Shown: piece by piece, positions 9,519 through 16,864 of the stretch
How positions within the stretch are numbered: position 1 is the first letter of the stretch
How the letters are laid out: each line of letters opens with the position of its first letter
Assembly: GCF_000283555.1 (NCBI RefSeq)
Contig: NC_016012.1
Coordinates: 210,001-242,000 of the forward strand
Direction: 5' to 3'
Length of the DNA stretch: 32,000 bases
From: Candidatus Arthromitus sp. SFB-rat-Yit
GTDB taxonomy: Bacteria > Bacillota > Clostridia > Clostridiales > Clostridiaceae
Notes under the pieces: generated by a model
What the model was told of the DNA's origin: nothing
What the model saw: only the letters and a program-made list of their open reading frames with translations
Database searches by the model: none
Program-made: the position numbers and the translations under genes

Positions 9519-9910
9519 TAAGCTTAAAATATGACTTTTTATAATAAAATTTATTAACTTATTTATTTTTAATAATAATTTTACTTAATTTTATTTGAAT
9601 ATTATTATATAATAAGATATGAAATTAATATTTTTTATTGATATAGTGATAGATATTACTACAAAATTGAAATAATTTTAAAAATAAATTTTTAAAATTT
9701 AATAAAGATATTTATAAAATTATAAATTAATTATATAATGTTATAGGAATTTATTTTACAAAACTTTGTAATTTGAAATTTTTATGATTATCAATTAATT
9801 TTACTTATTTAATAATATGGTTTAATTATTGTTAGGGTAAGTTTTGATTATGACTTTTTATTCTTACAAGGAAGGAGATAACTATTTTTATGAATAGTTT
9901 TAAAATTTAG

Positions 9911-10432
9911 ATGCCAAAATCGGTTCTATGTGATAAAAAAGAAATTTGTGAAAGAGTTAAGAATTTATTTCTTGTAAATGGATACTCAGGGGTAGATATA
10001 AAGACTATTGCTCAAAAATGCAAAATGGCAGTAGGTACATTTTATAATTACTATGAAAATAAGGAAGAAATATTTTGTGAGGTTATAAGTAATAGTTGGA
10101 ATTTATTTTTACAAACTCTGAAAAAAAGAAATGATTTATCGAGCTTTATAAAAGAGAGTTATTATTATATTAAGAGTAATAAAGGATTTGGATTAACATT
10201 TAAAACTATACCAATTGATAAGGCTACGAACGTAAATAGGCTGTATGAAAATATTATAAGTGATGTTGAACTACTTATTGTTAAAGTTATAGATGTAAAG
10301 TACAAAGATATTGCGAAAAGAATAGCCTTATCATTATTCATGTCTATAATACTCTTTATAGATTCTTATGAATTTAGTGATGATGATAATATTAAGTTTA
10401 TTTGTAATCTATTTTTGCATTATGAAAAGTAG
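9911..10432 (+). CDS. TetR/AcrR family transcriptional regulator
   Basis: 173 aa. N-terminal HTH GYSGVDIKTIAQKCKMAVGTFYNYYENKEEIF. It has no SD of its own; see the finding on the 6-codon upstream ORF. Confidence 0.85.
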   Translation: MPKSVLCDKKEICERVKNLFLVNGYSGVDIKTIAQKCKMAVGTFYNYYENKEEIFCEVISNSWNLFLQTLKKRNDLSSFIKESYYYIKSNKGFGLTFKTIPIDKATNVNRLYENIISDVELLIVKVIDVKYKDIAKRIALSLFMSIILFIDSYEFSDDDNIKFICNLFLHYEK

Positions 10433-10462
10433 AAGGAACAGGCATTATTTTGCCTGTTCCTT
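10433..10462. terminator. Bidirectional terminator hairpin shared by the TetR gene and the convergent membrane-protein gene
   Basis: Perfect 12-bp stem: AAGGAACAGGCA (10433-10444) pairs with TGCCTGTTCCTT (10451-10462). It overlaps the stop of the minus-strand ORF. Confidence 0.7.
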
Positions 10463-11032
10463 GTGTTTAAAGAAATATATTACACAAAATATAATACTAC
10501 CTACTGTATTTGCTATTATATCTGTCATTGTATCAAGTAGGCTGTTATTTTGAGTATTTAACAATAATATTTTATCTACTGAAAATTCGTATATTTCCCA
10601 TAAAACTCCACATAATGCTGCAAATCCTAACATTATAAAAATTATGAATCCTGATCTTAAATTACTTATGTCTAAGTTTGATTTATAACAAAAATGTTTT
10701 ATGATTGGTATTGATATTACGGAACACATAACTCCGGAGAATAGATGTAGATAAAAATCGAAGTTTGGTAATATCGAGTAAAAATTTAGCGTAGTTCCTA
10801 AAAAAATAGAAATGAAGATTTGAAATTGAAGTATATTTATTTCAAATTTGATGAAATTAATATTACATATTCTGATAAATAATATTGAAATTATTGACGC
10901 AATCAACAATGATTTTCCACCATATATCAAATTATCGTCATTTAATATTAAAGATAAGATTATGGATATTATCGATAATATTAAATTTATTAATTCAAAT
11001 GATGTTAATCTTAAATCCTTTTTGATGTGCAC
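10445..11032 (-). CDS. Polytopic membrane protein, family not recognised
   Basis: 195 aa with about 5-6 hydrophobic segments. GTG start at 11032, with AAGGAG upstream on the minus strand. Confidence 0.6.
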   Translation of the reverse strand: MHIKKDLRLTSFELINLILSIISIILSLILNDDNLIYGGKSLLIASIISILFIRICNINFIKFEINILQFQIFISIFLGTTLNFYSILPNFDFYLHLFSGVMCSVISIPIIKHFCYKSNLDISNLRSGFIIFIMLGFAALCGVLWEIYEFSVDKILLLNTQNNSLLDTMTDIIANTVGSIIFCVIYFFKHKEQAK

Positions 11033-11150
11033 TATGTTGATTCTCCTTTATATACTTATATATTTTTTAATATTAGAATTGTACACTAAAGATTTTAAAT
11101 ATGCTATAGTTAATATAGATAAGTAAAATAAGGTTTAGGGAGGGTTTTAT

Positions 11151-12806
11151 ATGATTAATGAGAATAAAGTATCGAATTTTATAAGAAATATAATAATTGA
11201 TGATATTAAAAATGGAAAAAATAATTCAATAATAACTAGGTTTCCGCCAGAACCAAATGGTTATTTACATATAGGTCATGCTAAATCTTTGGAGATAAAT
11301 TTTTCTTTGGCATATGAATTTAACGGAAAGGTTAATTTGAGATTTGATGATACAAATCCTGTTAAGGAAGATACGGAATATGTTGAATCGATAAAAAAGG
11401 ATATTGAGTGGCTTGGATATAAATGGGATAAAATGATTTTTGCATCTGATTATTTTGAGATTATGTATGAGAAGGCAATACTCCTTATAAAAAAGGGATT
11501 GGCATATGTTTGTGATTTAAGTGGAGAGGAAATTAAAAAATATAGAGGAACTCTTCAAGAGCCTGGAGTTGAATCACCATATAGGAATAGATCGGTTGAG
11601 GAGAATTTGGATTTATTTTATAAAATGAGAAATGCAGAATTTAAAGATGGGGAGAAGGTTCTTAGAGCAAAGATCGATATGTTATCTAGCAATATTAATA
11701 TGAGGGATCCTATAATATATAGAATTTCTCACACATCTCATCATAATACGGGGAATAAGTGGTGCATTTATCCTATGTATGATTTTGCTCACCCTATTGA
11801 AGATGCTATAGAAGGTATTACGTATTCCATATGCACACTTGAATTTGAAGATCATAGACCTCTTTATGATTGGTTTGTGAACGCTTGTGAGATGGAGAAT
11901 ATTCCAAGACAAATAGAATTTGCAAGACTTAATTTAACAAATACTGTTATGAGTAAAAGAAAGCTTAAGGCTTTAGTTGATAATAATATTGTAGATGGTT
12001 GGGATGATCCTAGAATGCCTACTATATCAGGATTTAGGAGGAGGGGATTTACTCCTGAGTCAATAAGGAATTTTTGTCGTGCCATAGGCGTATCAAAAGC
12101 GAATAGTCTGGTTGATTACCAAATGCTTGAGTATTTTTTGAGAGAAGACTTAAATCTTAAATGCAAGAGAATAATGGCTGTTATTGATCCTATTAAAGTT
12201 GTTATTACAAATTATGAAGAGGGAAAAGTTGAGGAATTATTTATAGATAATAATAAAGATGATGAGTCTATGGGTATGAGAAAAATAACATTTTCAAAAT
12301 ATATATACATCGATAGAGATGATTTTATGGAGAATCCTCCCCCTAAATATTTTAGACTGTTTAAAGGAAATGAAGTTAGACTTAAAGGTGCTTATTTTAT
12401 AAAGTGTAATGATGTGATAAAAGATGAAAATGGAAAAATATTAGAGCTTCATTGTACCTATGATCCAGAAACTAAAAGTGGAAGTGGATTTACTGGAAGA
12501 AAGGTTAAAGGTACGATTCATTTTATTGATTCAACAACAGCTATGAAAGCTCAGTTTAGATTATTTAAACCTCTCCTTCTAGATGAAGAAAATACTTCTG
12601 ATAATTTTTTAGATAATATAAATAAGGATTCTTTGGAAATATTTGATGGTTTTATTGAAAATAATGCAAGAGATAGCGTACCTTATGAAAAATATCAGAT
12701 ATTTAGACATGGATATTTTTCTGTTGATCCTAAGTATACAACGCAAGATAAGCTTGTATTCAATAGAGTTACTCCTCTTAAAAGTTCGTTTAAATTAGAT
12801 AAATAA
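11151..12806 (+). CDS. glnS: Glutamine--tRNA ligase
   Basis: 551 aa. [17 protein letters not shown] (HIGH) and VMSKRKL (KMSKS), with class-I GlnRS layout throughout. RBS GGGAGGG. Confidence 0.95.
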   Translation: MINENKVSNFIRNIIIDDIKNGKNNSIITRFPPEPNGYLHIGHAKSLEINFSLAYEFNGKVNLRFDDTNPVKEDTEYVESIKKDIEWLGYKWDKMIFASDYFEIMYEKAILLIKKGLAYVCDLSGEEIKKYRGTLQEPGVESPYRNRSVEENLDLFYKMRNAEFKDGEKVLRAKIDMLSSNINMRDPIIYRISHTSHHNTGNKWCIYPMYDFAHPIEDAIEGITYSICTLEFEDHRPLYDWFVNACEMENIPRQIEFARLNLTNTVMSKRKLKALVDNNIVDGWDDPRMPTISGFRRRGFTPESIRNFCRAIGVSKANSLVDYQMLEYFLREDLNLKCKRIMAVIDPIKVVITNYEEGKVEELFIDNNKDDESMGMRKITFSKYIYIDRDDFMENPPPKYFRLFKGNEVRLKGAYFIKCNDVIKDENGKILELHCTYDPETKSGSGFTGRKVKGTIHFIDSTTAMKAQFRLFKPLLLDEENTSDNFLDNINKDSLEIFDGFIENNARDSVPYEKYQIFRHGYFSVDPKYTTQDKLVFNRVTPLKSSFKLDK

Positions 12807-12896
12807 ATTTATTTTAAAGTAGCTTAATTAAAGAATAGTTTTTCAAAAAGTGTTAAACCTATAGTTAATATTAGTTTCTTTTGTAGGTGATTTGTT

Positions 12897-15122
12897 TTGA
12901 AGAAGTGTTTTAAGCTACTTTTATTTTTTTTGTGTATATTGTCTCAGATTTTATTTGTACATAAGAATATTATAGCTAAAGAAATTAAATATGAGATGAG
13001 AGGGGCATACTTAAATTTAGATTTTATTGATTTAAGTGGAGAATTTGAATTAAGCGATTTTAAAAATTATATAACAAAATCATATGATGATTTTAAAGAT
13101 AGTGGATTTAACACTATATTTGTTGATATATCTTGGTTTATTGATTTAAATATCACAGATAAATTTAACAATTTACATAAAAATGCATTAGAAATCATCG
13201 TAAAAGAGGGAGCTATACGCTCTTTAGATATTCATGGTAGTTTTTCAGATTTTCATCTAAAAGGTATTGAGATGGGAAATTTAGAAGAGTACTTAATTTC
13301 TCTTAGCGATAAATCGTTTATAAAAGATAAGATGGATTACATTATAAAGTTTAACGATGAGTATTATTTGGATCCAGGTATTCATGAAGTTAGAGATTAT
13401 ATTATAGGTGTGATTGTAGATATTGGAACTAAATATAAATTTGATGGAATTTATTTAGATGGAATTATTTATCCAAGAAATATAGAGAAGTATACTTTTA
13501 ATGATTCTTATAGTTTTAATATATATAATGAAGATAAACTTTCAAAGGATAATTTTAGACGACAAAATGTAAATGATTTTGTGAAAGTTTTGGGGGATAA
13601 ATTTAAAAGTTATAAAAATGAGCTTAAGTTTGGGATGGGAGTTAATTATATTTGGAGAACATTTAATGATGATTTAAATGGAATAAATTATGAAGGTTAT
13701 TCCGATTATGATAAGGGAGCATTTGATTCTCTTAATATTGGAAAGATGGGATATGTTAATTACATAGTTATAAAAATTGATAACAAAATACAAGAAGTTT
13801 CGGATATAGAAAATGTCATATCTTGGTGGGAGAAAAAATTTAGAACTTATTTAATTGATGTGTTTGTTCAAGGTGAAGATAATATTTTAGATGTTATAAC
13901 AACAGTGAGAAATAATAATTTTATAAATGGGTTTTTATATAAAAAATTTGAAATAATAAATGATATTAGAGGTCTTATGCCAACAAAAGCGATTGTTCCA
14001 AGATTTAAATCTTTTGATAGCTACTATACTTTATGTGATTTTAAAGTAACTCCTAAATTAAAAGGGGATAAGATAGAATTCAATATTTTAGATGAGGGGT
14101 ATGAGAATACTAAAAATATTTTAGTTTACAAATTTCCATATGATGATTTAGATATAGAAAATGGAAATTATATAAAAGATATATTACCAAGTGATGGACG
14201 TAGTACTATTATAACATTAAACAAGGAAGATGGAGTTTATGCAATAACCAAATTAAATTATAATTCGGTAGAAAATAGAATTATTTGTGCTTTTATTGTG
14301 AATGAGGAATTTGGTCTTATAGAAGAGCGTTTTTTAGACGATAAGCCTAAAATCATAAATAGTAATATAGAGTTTGTGGCAAAGTCTTATAATAAAAATA
14401 ATGAGTTTAAATTTGTATTAGAAAAAGATGGGGATAAAGTATTAGAGAGAGATTTTGATAAAGAGGGAGTATACAAATTTATTCCAGATGATAGCGGTGT
14501 ATATAGGTTAAATGTAATAATTAGTAATTCTAAAGATAGGAAAAATGTTTTGAAGTCTTATTTAAGTTTTGAAGTTAAAGATAAGTATATAGTAGTACTT
14601 GATGCTGGACATGGAGGAGATGAACCCGGAGCTAAAACAGGCGAAAATATATTAGAGAAGGATATAAATCTTTCTATTTGTAAATATTCAACTGATTTAT
14701 TAAGTAATAATGACAAAGTTTCTGTAATAAATACACGAATAAATGATATTAAGATAGATTTGAGTGATAGGGTTAAATTATGCTCTTTTTTAGGTGGAGA
14801 TATATTTATATCTATTCATCAGAACGCATTTGATAATGAAACTGCAAATGGAATTGAGAGTTACCATTATTTTAAAGAAAATGATAGTAAGGGTTTATGT
14901 AATTTAATTCAAAAAAATTTAATTGATAATACCAGTGCTTTTGACAGGGGGGTAAAAACTTCGAATTTTGTCGTATTAAGAGAGAATATTGTCCCATCGG
15001 TTTTGGTAGAATGTGGATTTATTACAAATAAAAATGAGTCTAAGAATTTGATAGATGATGTGTATCAAAAGAATATATCTGAGGCTATATGTAAAAGTAT
15101 AGTATCTTATTTTGAAATTTAA
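12897..15122 (+). CDS. Secreted fusion protein: divergent GHL10-like N-terminal domain, middle beta-rich region, C-terminal N-acetylmuramoyl-L-alanine amidase (Amidase_3)
   Basis: 741 aa, TTG start after TAGGTGA, signal peptide. YYLDPGIHEVRDYI...FDGIYLDGIIYP parallels LDPG...DGIHFDDYFYP of the ORF at 1093. The C-terminus has VVLDAGHGGDEPGA, ISIHQNAF and VLVECGFITN, typical of Amidase_3. Confidence 0.8.
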   Translation: MKKCFKLLLFFLCILSQILFVHKNIIAKEIKYEMRGAYLNLDFIDLSGEFELSDFKNYITKSYDDFKDSGFNTIFVDISWFIDLNITDKFNNLHKNALEIIVKEGAIRSLDIHGSFSDFHLKGIEMGNLEEYLISLSDKSFIKDKMDYIIKFNDEYYLDPGIHEVRDYIIGVIVDIGTKYKFDGIYLDGIIYPRNIEKYTFNDSYSFNIYNEDKLSKDNFRRQNVNDFVKVLGDKFKSYKNELKFGMGVNYIWRTFNDDLNGINYEGYSDYDKGAFDSLNIGKMGYVNYIVIKIDNKIQEVSDIENVISWWEKKFRTYLIDVFVQGEDNILDVITTVRNNNFINGFLYKKFEIINDIRGLMPTKAIVPRFKSFDSYYTLCDFKVTPKLKGDKIEFNILDEGYENTKNILVYKFPYDDLDIENGNYIKDILPSDGRSTIITLNKEDGVYAITKLNYNSVENRIICAFIVNEEFGLIEERFLDDKPKIINSNIEFVAKSYNKNNEFKFVLEKDGDKVLERDFDKEGVYKFIPDDSGVYRLNVIISNSKDRKNVLKSYLSFEVKDKYIVVLDAGHGGDEPGAKTGENILEKDINLSICKYSTDLLSNNDKVSVINTRINDIKIDLSDRVKLCSFLGGDIFISIHQNAFDNETANGIESYHYFKENDSKGLCNLIQKNLIDNTSAFDRGVKTSNFVVLRENIVPSVLVECGFITNKNESKNLIDDVYQKNISEAICKSIVSYFEI

Positions 15123-15134
15123 AAAGTTTATTTG

Positions 15135-15167
15135 ATAGGCGTTTTTTTAAAACGTCTATTTTTATTT
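15135..15167 (+). terminator. Rho-independent terminator after the amidase fusion gene
   Basis: ATAGGCGTTT (15135-15144) pairs with AAACGTCTAT (15150-15159) with one G-T wobble, followed by TTTTATTT. Confidence 0.7.
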
Positions 15168-15274
15168 CGAAAAATATAAAAAAATGTCAAAAAATGAAAT
15201 ATACTTTTATCGAAAAATATATTATAATTAACTTCGAATTTAGTTGAAATTTTTAATTTAGGAGAATAGTTAAA

Positions 15275-16354
15275 ATGGTAGTAGTTTCTTTAGATATGTT
15301 TTTAAATAGTATTCAAGATAATTTTGTGAAATATAGAAATGATAAATTCTGTGTAGTTAGAGGTAAAGAAAATTCTGGAAAAACAACGGCTGCAATTTTT
15401 AAAGCACTATATTTGAAAAGAAATTATTGTTTTGATTTAAATGATAAAATATTATTTTTATCAAGTGAAAATAAAATTGGACAAGTTGTAGATATATTTA
15501 ACTATATAAATAGAAGTGATTTATATAAATCTATAATACCCTCTGATGATATTGAAGTGCATATTTTAACTATTGATCAATTGAATTATTTAACTATTGG
15601 AACAATTTATACTCATATAATAATCGATAATGTTGAAAAATTTACAAAAAGTGATGAGATATATAAAGTTTTTAATATGTTTAAAAACCTATCTTATTCT
15701 AAGGTTTGTCTTATACAGGATTCAAATGAAAGTATAGATGAAGTTAATGAGATTGTTGAGTATTTAAGAAGAATTATTAAATCTAGGGAAGTTTTGTATA
15801 AATTTAGGTATGTGATAGAAGAAGATGATCAAGATGAATTTACTCAAATAGATATATCTCCTGAAGTAAAATATTTAAATTATACATATAAAGATTACGT
15901 TGATTTTAATACTAAAGAGGTGTTTGGATATTACACAAATTCTAAATCTATATACAAAGATATGGGAACTTTCTTGTATGATTTGAGTTATGAGAGCAAA
16001 GATATATTTTTAATAGATAGATATTTAAATATAAAAGGTACAATTAAAATATTAAAAGATTGGATACCATATAAAGAAGGATTATATTTTGTTGAGATAG
16101 ATGATGAAGGTATGAGTAAATATGATCTGTTTATAGGAGATATGGTTTTGATAGATTCTGATTGCAAAATAAATGAGGGTGATGTAGTTGTGGTATTGAA
16201 GGAAAATCATCTTTATGCAAGAAAATATACAAAAATAGGGAATGCTGTTAAGTTTGTAGCTAATTATACAATTTTTAATGATATATATTTAACTGATTGT
16301 GTTAAGATAGTTGGAAAGGTACTGGCTTATATAAGAAAATATAATAATTTTTAA
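15275..16354 (+). CDS. Two-domain protein: degenerate UvrD/PcrA-like P-loop (1A) domain fused to a LexA/UmuD-like S24 peptidase domain; no HTH
   Basis: 359 aa, RBS AGGAGAA at 15260-15266. N-terminal half: LNSIQDNF, Walker A GKENSGKT, LTIDQL, IIIDNVEKF (motif II position, DE to DN), KVCLIQDSNESI (compare IVGDDDQSIY). C-terminal half: EGMSKYDLFIGDMVLI, EGDVVVVLKENHLYARKY, GNAVKFVANY and IVGKVLAYIR align with the LexA C-terminal domain. Confidence 0.6.
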   Translation: MVVVSLDMFLNSIQDNFVKYRNDKFCVVRGKENSGKTTAAIFKALYLKRNYCFDLNDKILFLSSENKIGQVVDIFNYINRSDLYKSIIPSDDIEVHILTIDQLNYLTIGTIYTHIIIDNVEKFTKSDEIYKVFNMFKNLSYSKVCLIQDSNESIDEVNEIVEYLRRIIKSREVLYKFRYVIEEDDQDEFTQIDISPEVKYLNYTYKDYVDFNTKEVFGYYTNSKSIYKDMGTFLYDLSYESKDIFLIDRYLNIKGTIKILKDWIPYKEGLYFVEIDDEGMSKYDLFIGDMVLIDSDCKINEGDVVVVLKENHLYARKYTKIGNAVKFVANYTIFNDIYLTDCVKIVGKVLAYIRKYNNF

Positions 16355-16430
16355 CTAATGATATGTACATAATTATTTTATGTTATAATATGGTATAAAA
16401 TTTTTTAGATTAATATTTTGAGGTGGTTTT

Positions 16431-16589
16431 GTGAAGTATTTTAAATTAGGATTACTTGCTGTTACCCTATCATTGACAGCTCTTGTTATTGCACTTGATA
16501 AGAAGGAAAATAGGAAAAATGTAAATAAATCATGCAGTGAAATGGATGAGGATGTTTGCGAATCTTGTAGTTCAGTAATCATGGAATAA
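16431..16589 (+). CDS. Small (52 aa) membrane-anchored protein with a C-terminal Cys motif; absent from the ORF track
   Basis: GTG 16431 follows GAGGTGG (16421-16427). An extended -10 TGTTATAAT lies at 16381-16389 and a terminator-like hairpin lies downstream. Translation: VKYFKLGLLAVTLSLTALVIALDKKENRKNVNKSCSEMDEDVCESCSSVIME. Confidence 0.5.
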   Translation: MKYFKLGLLAVTLSLTALVIALDKKENRKNVNKSCSEMDEDVCESCSSVIME

Positions 16590-16610
16590 TAATATTAGAT
16601 ATAACAAGTG

Positions 16611-16651
16611 AGAACTTCCTTAATTTATTTATAAGGGGTTCTTAATTTTTT
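16611..16651 (+). terminator. Probable terminator after the small Cys-motif ORF
   Basis: AGAAC..CCTTA (16611-16622) pairs with TAAGG.GTTCT (16632-16642) through a small internal loop, followed by TAATTTTTT. Confidence 0.55.
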
Positions 16652-16664
16652 AGATAAAGGTGAG

Positions 16665-16856
16665 ATGAAAATGGATTTTTTAAAAATGGATAAAAATATG
16701 TTTTTTAGTATTGTTAATATGAAACTCAGAGATGAGTTTGATAGTATAGAAGAGTTTTGTAGTTATTATGATATTGATCTTGAGGATATTAAAGAGAAAA
16801 TGAATTCTTTTAATATGAAATATTATAGCGATATAAATCAAATTAAAATGTTATAG
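16665..16856 (+). CDS. DUF4250-family small protein
   Basis: FFSIVNMKLRDEFDSIEEFCSYYDIDLEDIKEKM matches the DUF4250 pattern (VN.KLRD....L.E.C). The real start is probably ATG 16671, since AAGGTGAG at 16657-16664 abuts the first ATG. It ends 8 nt before copA. Confidence 0.65.
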   Translation: MKMDFLKMDKNMFFSIVNMKLRDEFDSIEEFCSYYDIDLEDIKEKMNSFNMKYYSDINQIKML

Positions 16857-16864
16857 GGGGAATT

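Noticed and set aside
9674-9699. Perfect 12-bp palindrome AATTTTAAAAAT-AA-ATTTTTAAAATT as a TetR operator
   Set aside because: It is composed only of A/T within an almost pure A/T region, where such palindromes arise easily by chance. It also lies about 190 bp from the TetR start.
11033-11150. Possible T-box leader upstream of glnS
   Set aside because: Only about 118 bp is shared with a divergent gene start. It has no T-box consensus, no terminator/antiterminator pair, and is too short.
15166-15238. LexA (Cheo) box upstream of the S24-domain gene
   Set aside because: The Firmicute consensus is CGAAC-N4-GTTCG. The sites here are TCGAAAAATATA/TTCGAA and lack the GTTC half-site, so they do not qualify.
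16373-16582. 69-aa minus-strand ORF from the track
   Set aside because: It has no SD. The opposite strand carries a better-supported 52-aa ORF (16431-16589) with an SD, an extended -10 and a downstream terminator.
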